Shown here: positions 17,511 to 25,114 of the stretch, piece by piece | Numbering within the stretch: the stretch's first letter is position 1 | Layout: each line of letters opens with the position of its first letter | From: Verrucomicrobiia bacterium | Lineage (GTDB): Bacteria; Verrucomicrobiota; Verrucomicrobiia; Limisphaerales; JADJPG01 | Length of the DNA: 41,113 nt | Assembly (NCBI GenBank): GCA_035715125.1 | Contig: DASTLJ010000484.1 | Location: 1 to 41,113, forward strand | Direction of reading: 5' to 3' | The notes under the pieces: generated by a model | Database searches by the model: none | Seen by the model: only the letters and a program-made list of their open reading frames with translations | What the model was told of the DNA's origin: nothing | Program-made: the position numbers and the translations under genes

Positions 17511-18220
17511 TGAACCTCCCGCGCCGCAGTTGCGGGGCAAGATGGACAGGCGGCTCGACCGTGGACTGCGGGGGGATTCGACTGAGCCTCCACAAGTCTG
17601 CGATCACAATGGTGGAAATGTTAATTGTCGTCTTCGTCTTAGGTCTGTTGGTAGTTTTGCTCGTAGCCATGCTTCGCACGCGGCACGTTAAACAGGATTG
17701 GGGCAGCTGTATTAACCACCTAAAGTTTACCGGCTTGGCGTTTCAGCAATGGGCTGACGACAACAACAGCAGGTACCCGATGCAAGTTCCTGTGACGAAT
17801 GGGGGAACAAGGGACTTCCTTACGAACGGCGAGGCGGCAGTTCATTTCAGAATCTTGTCGAATTATCTGAACACCCCGACGGTACTGTGGTGCCCTCGTG
17901 ATGCCGGCCGAACGCGAGGCAGAGATTTTTCCGGCGAGTTCAACAACTCAAACGTCAGCTATTTCCTCGGTGTGGACGTGAACTTCAACTTTCCCGCCAT
18001 GCTCCTTGCAGGTGATCGACTGATGACCATCAGTGGCAAGCAGGCCGCGAGCGGCGCTTTGGATCTGCACACGAATAGTCCGGTCGGCTGGACCAAGAGC
18101 ATCCACAACGGAAAGGGGAATCTCCTATTTGTGGATGGTCACACTGAGCAGAGCGACACGCAATTGCTTCAGGCGAGTCTTCGGCGCACGGCCGCGACGA
18201 ACCGAGTATTGATTCCGTGA
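17510..18220 (+). CDS. prepilin-type N-terminal cleavage/methylation domain protein with H-X9-DG motif (pseudopilin-like)
   Basis: KSA|ITMVEMLIVVFVLGLLVVLL has Glu at +5 of the putative cleavage site. C-terminal SIHNGKGNLLFVDGHTE is an exact H-X9-DG. Visibly lower G+C than its neighbours (one hand-counted 60-nt line was 50%). Confidence 0.75.
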   Translation: MNLPRRSCGARWTGGSTVDCGGIRLSLHKSAITMVEMLIVVFVLGLLVVLLVAMLRTRHVKQDWGSCINHLKFTGLAFQQWADDNNSRYPMQVPVTNGGTRDFLTNGEAAVHFRILSNYLNTPTVLWCPRDAGRTRGRDFSGEFNNSNVSYFLGVDVNFNFPAMLLAGDRLMTISGKQAASGALDLHTNSPVGWTKSIHNGKGNLLFVDGHTEQSDTQLLQASLRRTAATNRVLIP

Positions 18221-18224
18221 TGTC

Positions 18225-18998
18225 ATGAGCCGTTTCGCCAATCTTGAATTCGGTCAGGAACCCGAGGGCGCGCCGCGACGGCACTCGGCCGGCCGCGACG
18301 AACAGCGCTGCCTGGATGATGCCCAGACCGCCTTCGAGCAGGCCGACTTCGAGGCGGCGCTGCGGGCCTTCTCCAAAGTGCTGGAGTTTAATCCGCACAA
18401 CGCGGCCGCCTGGGCCGGGCAGGTCCGCGCGCTCGTCGAACTGGGCGAGTTCAATGAAGCCAAGCTCTGGGCCGACAAGGCGCTGGAGCGGTTCCCCGAC
18501 GCCCACGAATTGCTCGCCGCCAAGGCCGTCGCCCTGGCGCGCCTGGGCGACACGGACGCCGCGATCGCCTTCTCCGATGCCGCGGTCGATTCGCAAGGCG
18601 ACACCCCGTACGTCTGGCTGGCCCGCGGCGACGTGCTCCTGGCTCGGGCGGAAAAACGGGCCGATTACTGCTTCGACAAGGCGCTGGCGCTGGCGCCGGG
18701 CGACTGGTTTGTGACGTGGCTGGCGGCGCGCGTGCGGGCGTTCTACCGGCAGTTCGCCATCGCGTTGAAGCTCGTCCAGCAGGCGCTCGCATTGAAGCCG
18801 GACCACACTGTATTGTGGCTCATGGCCGGGCAATGCCAGCAAGCACTCGGGTTGGTGGCTGCGGCGCGCAACTCGTATGGTCAAGTCTTACAGTTGGACC
18901 CGCGCCGGCTCGAAGCGCGCGACGCGATCCACGCCCTTGAAAATACGGGCCTCGCCGCGCGCATCGCCGCATGGTGGCGCAGATGGAATTCCAAATGA
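18225..18998 (+). CDS. tetratricopeptide (TPR) repeat protein
   Basis: Repeated A-x-x-F-x-K-A-L-E-x-x-P type helices (FSKVLEFNPHNAAAWAG, ADKALERFPDAHELL, CFDKALALAPGDW, VQQALALKPDHTVLW, YGQVLQLDPRRLEA). Starts 4 nt after the pseudopilin stop. Confidence 0.75.
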   Translation: MSRFANLEFGQEPEGAPRRHSAGRDEQRCLDDAQTAFEQADFEAALRAFSKVLEFNPHNAAAWAGQVRALVELGEFNEAKLWADKALERFPDAHELLAAKAVALARLGDTDAAIAFSDAAVDSQGDTPYVWLARGDVLLARAEKRADYCFDKALALAPGDWFVTWLAARVRAFYRQFAIALKLVQQALALKPDHTVLWLMAGQCQQALGLVAAARNSYGQVLQLDPRRLEARDAIHALENTGLAARIAAWWRRWNSK

Positions 18999-19122
18999 CG
19001 AATGACGAATGGAAACGACGGATACCGGATGAACTTTTCCACCATCCGTCCGATGCCCGCTTTCACGTAGCGATTCTACGGCAGGCCGCCTGTGCCCATT
19101 CGTCATTCGTCATTCGTCATTT
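18993..19122. repeat. palindrome with heptamer-array arms (AATGACG / CATTCGT)
   Basis: aaatgacgaatgacgaatgg ...83 nt... ccattcgtcattcgtcattcgtcattt. 20-nt perfect complementarity in two registers. The TPR gene stop TGA (18996-18998) lies in the left arm. Confidence 0.9.
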
Positions 19123-19128
19123 AACCTC

Positions 19129-20190
19129 ATGCACACCTCCCGCCTCGATCGGCTGCTTGCCATGGCCCGCGAGTACGAGGCCTCGGACCTGCACATCATC
19201 GCGGGCGTGCCGCCCTCCTTCCGCGTGAATGGCGAAATCATCCTCGCGGAAAGCGACGCGCTGGCCGAGGCCGACGCCGAAGAGATGGCGCTGCAACTGC
19301 TCAACGAATCGCAGCGCGACAAATTTGAGCGCGAGTGGGAGCTGTGCATTTCGTTGCGGCATCCCGTGGCTGGGCGGGTGCGCATCACGTTTTACAAGCG
19401 CAACGGGCACCCGGAAATGAGCTTTCGCTTCTGCGGCGACCGCATCGCGACGCGCGAGGAACTGGGTCTGCCGGCGAAAATCGACGACATGGCCCGCCGG
19501 CCCAACGGACTGTTCCTCATCACCGGCCCCACCGGCGCGGGCAAGACGACGACACTCAACTACATGGTGAACCTCATCAACAGCGAGCGCCGCTGCAAGG
19601 TCGTCACCATCGAGGATCCCATCGAATTCGTCCACCGAAACAACCGCGCCATCATCGTGCAACAGGAGGTGCTAACGGACGTTCATTCGTTCAACCGCGC
19701 GCTCATGCACGTCCTGCGCCAGGATCCCGACGTCATCGTCGTCGGCGAAGTGCGCGATCCGGAGGCGATTGCGACCGCGCTCACGGCGGCCGAGACGGGC
19801 CATCTGGTGCTGGCGACGATGCATTCGCCGAACGTGGCCCACGCGCTGGAGCGCATCATTGGCGTCTTCGAGGGGAGCGCCCAGCGGCAGATCGTCCTCC
19901 AACTCGCCAACACGCTTCAGGGCCTTATCGCCCAGGACCTGCTGCCGAGCGCCGACCGCTCGAGGCGCGTGCTGGTGTTCGAGTTTCTGACGGCGACGAG
20001 CGCGGTGCGGAACTTGATCCGCGAAAACCAGCTTCATTTCCTGGAAAACACCATCCAAACCGGCGCGAAGGAAGGCATGTCGCTCATGGACAATTGCCTT
20101 TACGACCTCTACTGCCGTTGCCTCATCAGTTACGATACCGCCATGAGCCGCGCCCGGCATCCGGACCGCATCAGCCGGAAAAAGGAGTGA
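19129..20190 (+). CDS. pilT: type IV pilus retraction ATPase PilT
   Basis: Walker A ITGPTGAGKTTT, Asp box/Walker B DPDVIVVGEVRD, His box TGHLVLATMHS, PilT signature AVRNLIRENQ (AIRNLIRE). 353 aa. Confidence 0.9.
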   Translation: MHTSRLDRLLAMAREYEASDLHIIAGVPPSFRVNGEIILAESDALAEADAEEMALQLLNESQRDKFEREWELCISLRHPVAGRVRITFYKRNGHPEMSFRFCGDRIATREELGLPAKIDDMARRPNGLFLITGPTGAGKTTTLNYMVNLINSERRCKVVTIEDPIEFVHRNNRAIIVQQEVLTDVHSFNRALMHVLRQDPDVIVVGEVRDPEAIATALTAAETGHLVLATMHSPNVAHALERIIGVFEGSAQRQIVLQLANTLQGLIAQDLLPSADRSRRVLVFEFLTATSAVRNLIRENQLHFLENTIQTGAKEGMSLMDNCLYDLYCRCLISYDTAMSRARHPDRISRKKE

Positions 20191-20193
20191 CGC

Positions 20194-21405
20194 ATGGCGC
20201 TGCGCTTCGCGTTCGGGCTGTTGGTGCTGCTGCTTTTCGTCGCCTGCATCGGCTGGCTGTTCTGGCGGTCCCTCAAGAAAAACGAAGACCCGGCGCGGGT
20301 GGTATTCTATTGGGTCCTGTCGGCGTTGCTCATTGGAGGCGGGTTCTTCGGCATCTACAAGCTGTCGAAGGACGGAACCCCGGAAGGAAAGTTCACCGGA
20401 CTCGTGCTGGGTCTGGCGCTAGGGGTGGTGTTAGGAATTATGTGGGCGCCGAGAATCGGGGCCAAAGTCGGGGACTGGTTTGGGAATCTCTACACTGGCG
20501 GCAGCACGCCGCCGGACCCCACGCCGCTCTATTCCATCGCCGAATCGCGCCACAAGCAAGGCCGCTACGTGGAGGCCGTTCGCGAAATCCGCGCGCAACT
20601 TGCGAAGTTCCCAACCGACGTAACCGGGCAACTGATGCTGGCTGAAATCCAGGCCGAGCACATGGACGATCTTCCCGGAGCGCAACTCGCTATCGAGCGA
20701 TTCGTCGCCCAGCCCGGGCACGGGCCGAAGAACGTCGCCTTCGCGCTCAATTCACTGGCCGACTGGCACCTGAAATATGCCCGCGACGTCGAGGCGGCAA
20801 GGCAAACTCTCGAGAAGATTGTCGAACTCCTGCCCGACACGGATTTGGCGATGGGCGCCGCGCAACGCCTGGCCCACCTGGCCGACGCGGACGCCGTCCA
20901 CGCAGTCCATGAACGCCGGCAGATCCGGCTGCCAGCCGGCGCCACGGACATCGGCCTCGGTCACGGGGCAACTCCCGCGTCTCCCAAGGGACTCTCTCCC
21001 GAAGACGCGGCCGAACGCCTTGTGAAACAACTCGAAGCTCACCCGCTCGACGCCGAAGCGCGCGAGAAGCTGGCCGGCATTTACTTCGATCACTACGACA
21101 GGCCCGACCTCGCCTTGGAGCAGCTCGAACAGCTCATCCAGGCCCCAAACCAGCCGGCGCGCGAAGTCGCCCGCTGGCTCAACGTGATTGCTGATTTGCA
21201 GGTGAAACAAGGCGCCCCCTACGAGTCGATTCAGGCCACGCTCCAGCGCATCATCGATCGCTTCCCTGGACTGGCCCCGGCGCGGCTGGCGCAGCAGCGG
21301 CTGGATCTGCTCCGGCTCGAATTGAAGGGCAAGGAACAGGGTCAATCATTGAAGCTTGGGGCTTACGAGAAGGACCTCGGACTCAAACGGGGGAAGCCGG
21401 GCTGA
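20194..21405 (+). CDS. membrane-anchored helical-repeat (TPR-like) protein, hypothetical
   Basis: Three N-terminal hydrophobic helices (FAFGLLVLLLFVACIGWLFW, VVFYWVLSALLIGGGFFGIY, LVLGLALGVVLGIMW), then an alpha-helical repeat region. Starts 3 nt after the pilT stop. Confidence 0.55.
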   Translation: MALRFAFGLLVLLLFVACIGWLFWRSLKKNEDPARVVFYWVLSALLIGGGFFGIYKLSKDGTPEGKFTGLVLGLALGVVLGIMWAPRIGAKVGDWFGNLYTGGSTPPDPTPLYSIAESRHKQGRYVEAVREIRAQLAKFPTDVTGQLMLAEIQAEHMDDLPGAQLAIERFVAQPGHGPKNVAFALNSLADWHLKYARDVEAARQTLEKIVELLPDTDLAMGAAQRLAHLADADAVHAVHERRQIRLPAGATDIGLGHGATPASPKGLSPEDAAERLVKQLEAHPLDAEAREKLAGIYFDHYDRPDLALEQLEQLIQAPNQPAREVARWLNVIADLQVKQGAPYESIQATLQRIIDRFPGLAPARLAQQRLDLLRLELKGKEQGQSLKLGAYEKDLGLKRGKPG

Positions 21406-21406
21406 C

Positions 21407-21494
21407 GGTTGAAACGTTAAACCGTTGAACCGCCAACCGTTTTAACGATTCAACGCTTTAACGATTCAACGCTTATTCAACGCTTATTCAACGG
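21407..21494. repeat. palindrome of the same unit family as 4419..4557 (TTNAACG/CGTTNAA)
   Basis: ggttgaaacgttaaaccgttgaaccg / ccgttttaacgattcaacgctttaacgattcaacgcttattcaacgcttattcaacgg. Shares the string acgattcaacgctt with 4419..4557. Confidence 0.85.
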
Positions 21495-21904
21495 GGCGGC
21501 GTGCTGGCGGGGCTCAGGTTTCCGCTGGCCAGACGCACCGCGATCTCCTTTTCGAGGTACGCGGCCATCTGCATATCGGCGAAGCCCCCCTTCGTCCGCG
21601 CCTGAACGATCACGCGGGACAGTTTGTCGTCGATGGCGTCCACGCTGATCCAGACGTGCCGATCGTCCACGTTTCCTTGCAAGGACTGGCGCTCGACGTC
21701 CTCGCTGTTGATCCTCCCATGATACTTGATCACGTCCTTGGCGGCGGCCCACAGGTCCGCCACGGGGCGGGGGTACCGTCCTTCCGCGCGGTCCTGCTGG
21801 AACGGCATCCCGGCCCGATGCCGGCCATCGACCGTATCCACGCAGCCACTCAAAACACTCGCGCCCAGGCACACAGCCATCAGCGCCATCCATTTCGATT
21901 TCAT
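21488..21904 (-). CDS. lipoprotein, hypothetical
   Basis: MKSKWMALMAVCLGASVLSGC is a signal peptide with an LSGC lipobox. Start taken at ATG (complement of 21902-21904); the track ORF extends to 21964. Confidence 0.6.
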   Translation of the reverse strand: MKSKWMALMAVCLGASVLSGCVDTVDGRHRAGMPFQQDRAEGRYPRPVADLWAAAKDVIKYHGRINSEDVERQSLQGNVDDRHVWISVDAIDDKLSRVIVQARTKGGFADMQMAAYLEKEIAVRLASGNLSPASTPPR

Positions 21905-21960
21905 GAGTGCCGATGCAATCAAATCCTCGCACGCGGTCAAGCTCGCATTTGTCCCCTGAT

Positions 21961-22015
21961 CCATTCGTGTTCATTCGTGGTTAAAGCCTGCTGTCCGAAA
22001 TTTCGTATGAATTTG
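21961..22015. repeat. solo half-copy of the 34661..34724 arm plus extension
   Basis: ccattcgtgttcattcgtggttaaagcctgctgtccgaaatttcgtatgaatttg versus 34670-34724 ccattcgtgttcattcgtggttaaagtccgctgtccggaattacgcgtggatttg (about 47/55 identical by eye). Confidence 0.85.
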
Positions 22016-22122
22016 AGCGTTCGGCGGCCTTCCCTGGAGTGAGACCACGCGAGTCGTTTCCCGTTTTCAACCGAGCCTGGCCCGCGCTAGGCTCACCCCC
22101 GGCCGCCCTCGGCGGCGGGTCG

Positions 22123-22923
22123 ATGAAAAAATACTGGCGCCTTTTCAACGTCGGAATTCAGAACACGCTCGTTTACCGGGTGAACTTCCTTTTTCGCAGC
22201 GTGTTCGGCCTCATCCCGCTCTTCGCGACTCTCTCGCTCTGGCGGGCGGTCTACGCCGGCAAGCAGGGCGACGTGGCCGGTTACACACTGGGCGCGATGA
22301 TTTCCTATTACCTCGTCGTGACCATCGTGGATGGGCTGACGGCGGTGGCGGAAGACGACTGGCAAATCGTCAGCGACATCCGGGACGGGCGCCTCAGCCA
22401 GTTGCTCCTCAAGCCCCTCGATTATCTCGCCTACCGGCTCACTCTGTACGTGGCCGGACGGGTTGTGTTCGTGGCCTGTGCGATAGTGCCGGTGACCGTC
22501 TTCATCTTTTTCCACCGCGAAAATCTGGTCGTTCCGGCGGACGCGCTGACGCTTGGCGCGTTTCTCATTTCGCTCGTGTTCACAGCCCTGCTGCAATTCT
22601 TCATTTCCTACACGATGGCGCTGCTGGCCTTCTGGGTGCTGGAAGTCTCGACCTTCATTTTCATTCTCTATTCGTTCGAATACATTGCCGGCGGTCATCT
22701 ATTCCCGCTGGACATCCTGCCGTCGGCGCTGGTCAAGGCGCTGCATTACACACCGTTTCCGTATCAGCTTTTCTTTCCGGTCAACGTGTATCTGGGCCGT
22801 GTGACGGGCGTGGCGCTTTGGAGCGGGTTGTTCATCCAGTTCTGCTGGGTGGCCGCGGCGTATCTGGCTGCCCGCTTCGTTTGGGCGCGCGGGGTGCGGC
22901 ACTATGGGGCGGTGGGAGGGTGA
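22123..22923 (+). CDS. ABC-2 family transporter permease (ABC2_membrane_6/DUF990-like)
   Basis: MKKYWRLFNVGIQNTLVYRVNFLFRSVFGLIPLF plus about 6 hydrophobic segments. Family call from memory of this N-terminal pattern. Confidence 0.6.
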   Translation: MKKYWRLFNVGIQNTLVYRVNFLFRSVFGLIPLFATLSLWRAVYAGKQGDVAGYTLGAMISYYLVVTIVDGLTAVAEDDWQIVSDIRDGRLSQLLLKPLDYLAYRLTLYVAGRVVFVACAIVPVTVFIFFHRENLVVPADALTLGAFLISLVFTALLQFFISYTMALLAFWVLEVSTFIFILYSFEYIAGGHLFPLDILPSALVKALHYTPFPYQLFFPVNVYLGRVTGVALWSGLFIQFCWVAAAYLAARFVWARGVRHYGAVGG

Positions 22924-22931
22924 CTTGTTCT

Positions 22932-23729
22932 ATGCTCCTCCGTCGCTACGCCAGCATTTATTCCGCGCTCTGGAAGAACGGCGTGGCGCGGGAGATGGCC
23001 TTCAAGGTCAACTTCCTCCTCTGGATTGTCGTGGATCTTCTCTGGTTTGCGCTCCAAATCTGCTTCTTCAGCGTCCTTTACAGCCACACGGATAAAATCG
23101 GCGACTGGTCGAAGTGGGAAGTCATCCTGTTGGCCGGAGCGGGCAACTTCATCCAGCAGATTTTCGTCGCCCTGTTCCAAACCAACATGGTCCACCTCTC
23201 CGAGCAAGTCCGCACCGGCCGGCTCGATTTCCTGCTGCTGCTGCCCGTGAACACGCGGTTCATCGTGTCCCTTCGGCAGCCCGATCTCAACGCGTATGTG
23301 ACCGGCGCGCTGGCTGTAGCGGTGATGGTTTACGCCGGGGTGCGGCTTAATCTGTCGCCTTCGCCCGCGGCCATCGCCGGTTTCCTCGTGCTTTGCGCGG
23401 CCGGGGTGCTAATCCATTACTCGATGATGTTCATGCTGTCTTGCGCGTGCTTTTGGACTGTTCGCGCGGAAGGCATCGTGTGGGGTTACTATCATCTTCT
23501 CCAGGTCTCGCGACAGCCCGACTCGGCTTTCAGCGGCGCGTTCAGGATTTTTTTCACGTTTGTGATTCCGATGATCCTGGTGGCGAATGTTCCCGCGAAA
23601 CTTCTGGCCAAAAAGATCGAGTCTCCCGTTGAAATGCTGCTCTTGCTCGGCATGAGCGGCGTGATATTCCTGGGGTCGGAGGCGTTCTGGCGTTTTTCGA
23701 TGAAACGCTATCGCAGTGCCAGCTCGTGA
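22932..23729 (+). CDS. ABC-2 family transporter permease (second subunit)
   Basis: MLLRRYASIYSALWKNGVAREMAFKVNFLLWIVVDLLWF. Polytopic. Lies 8 nt after the previous permease. Confidence 0.6.
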   Translation: MLLRRYASIYSALWKNGVAREMAFKVNFLLWIVVDLLWFALQICFFSVLYSHTDKIGDWSKWEVILLAGAGNFIQQIFVALFQTNMVHLSEQVRTGRLDFLLLLPVNTRFIVSLRQPDLNAYVTGALAVAVMVYAGVRLNLSPSPAAIAGFLVLCAAGVLIHYSMMFMLSCACFWTVRAEGIVWGYYHLLQVSRQPDSAFSGAFRIFFTFVIPMILVANVPAKLLAKKIESPVEMLLLLGMSGVIFLGSEAFWRFSMKRYRSASS

Positions 23730-23805
23730 ATCGTGGCAGCTTGTGAATGCAATGCAGGCAGAAGCAGATGCGTTTCGAAAACTCACCGGCTGCGTCACTG
23801 GCTTT

Positions 23806-24003
23806 GTCCCGAAGGGACTTCCCGAGAATAGCCCAGCGTTTCAACGCTGGGTTCAGAGGCACAATCAGCCTCGTCCCGAAGGGACGGCTGAACTCGTGTC
23901 ACAAATGCCTCCACTCAGCCGTCCCTTCGGGACTGATCCAACGGGTGATGCATACCCGGCGTTGAAACGCCGGGCTATTGTCAATCATCCCTCCGGGATG
24001 ATG
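23806..24003. repeat. composite multi-hairpin palindromic element
   Basis: Outer inverted repeat 23827-23891 / 23915-23979 (aatagccc[a/g]gcgtttcaacgc[t/c]gggt...gtcccgaagggacggctga). Local hairpins gtcccgaagggac (x3), cccagcgtttcaacgctggg, cccggcgttgaaacgccggg and catccctccgggatgatg. Track ORF 23716..24072 is its translation. Confidence 0.85.
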
Positions 24004-24056
24004 CCTGCGGCCCGGTTGCGAAACACTTTCACAGGTTCCCGAAGAGCACTAAGCCT

Positions 24057-25091
24057 ATGCACGTGGTGTTGAGCGCTGAGGATTGCGATCAGTTCCTGCT
24101 CGAAGAACTGCGGCGGAGCGGCCCGGGTGAGACCCACGAGGCAAAACCAGGCGGCCTGGTTTTCACCGAACTCAATCTCCAGCCGGAGGCGCCGCCTACG
24201 TTCGTTTTTGCGCGGCAGTTCCTGCCAAACGTCGAGGAGCGCCAGGCGGATTCGGTTTCCCAGTGGGTTGGCCGGGTGGTCGGCCCGATCGCATTGCGTC
24301 TGCCGGAGGGTCAGCCGTGGCTGCTGCACGTCGTTTCAGCCTACGGCTCCGGCCCGGCGGGTCGAAATCGCTGCCGGCTGATTCGCGAAGGAATTCGCGA
24401 ATGGCTCCAACGCAAGCGCCGCCGCCTCCTTCGCTCCCTGCAAACCGAGCATTCCGCGTTCAGCCCGGCGCACTCGCTTGTGCAGGTTCTCCTCACCGCG
24501 CCCGACCACGGTTTTATCTCGGTGGCGCCCGCTCCACTGCCGTTTATGCTCCGCCGCCTCGTTTCGCCGTTTCCCAAAGGCGAAATTCCCATTGCCAGCG
24601 ACAAGGCCGCCCCGTCCCGCGCGTTCGCCAAGCTTGTGGAGGCCGAGTTGCGCCTCGGCCGCCGCATCGGGCCCGGCGAAACGTGCGTCGACCTCGGCGC
24701 GTCGCCGGGAAGCTGGAGCTACATGGCGCTGAATCGCAGCGCCCGCGTCATCGCGGTGGACCGCGCGCCGCTGCGAGCCGATTTGATGCGCCACCCGTCC
24801 TTGGTTTTCCGCAAAGGCGACGCCTTCGGGTTCAAGCCGGAGGCGCCCGTGGACTGGCTGCTGTGCGACGTGATCGCCGCGCCGGAGCGGAGCATTGGCC
24901 TGTTGATCGACTGGCTACGCGAGCGGCGCACCCGCCGGTTCATCGTGACGATCAAGTTCCAAGGGCGCGAGGACTATGCGAAGCTGGAGCAATTGAAACA
25001 CGCGCTCCCGCGGCTCTGCGGCGAGCACTTCCTCACCCGCCTGTGCGCGAACAAGAACGAGGCGTGCGCGTTTGGAGAAGGGGAAGGGTAG
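24057..25091 (+). CDS. rlmM: 23S rRNA (cytidine-2'-O)-methyltransferase RlmM-like (THUMP-like N-domain + FtsJ-type MTase)
   Basis: APSRAFAKLVEAE...GETCVDLGASPGSWSY is the SAM-binding motif of RlmM/FtsJ type. DWLLCDV. 344 aa. Confidence 0.7.
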   Translation: MHVVLSAEDCDQFLLEELRRSGPGETHEAKPGGLVFTELNLQPEAPPTFVFARQFLPNVEERQADSVSQWVGRVVGPIALRLPEGQPWLLHVVSAYGSGPAGRNRCRLIREGIREWLQRKRRRLLRSLQTEHSAFSPAHSLVQVLLTAPDHGFISVAPAPLPFMLRRLVSPFPKGEIPIASDKAAPSRAFAKLVEAELRLGRRIGPGETCVDLGASPGSWSYMALNRSARVIAVDRAPLRADLMRHPSLVFRKGDAFGFKPEAPVDWLLCDVIAAPERSIGLLIDWLRERRTRRFIVTIKFQGREDYAKLEQLKHALPRLCGEHFLTRLCANKNEACAFGEGEG

Positions 25092-25114
25092 GACAGGCTT
25101 CCAGCCTGTCCTAC
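25088..25114. terminator. perfect 12-bp stem / 3-nt loop hairpin between convergent genes (likely bidirectional terminator)
   Basis: gtaggacaggct-tcc-agcctgtcctac. The rlmM TAG (25089-25091) and the propeller-gene TAG (complement of 25111-25113) each lie within a stem arm. No U-tract. Confidence 0.6.

Noticed and set aside
23716-24072. 118-aa ORF across the rlmM upstream region; also 14949..15155 (-), 38858..39043 (+), 27931..28116 (-) and 40261..40476 (-).
   Set aside because: They are translations of palindromic repeat elements (strings such as [30 protein letters not shown]) and have no independent coding signal.
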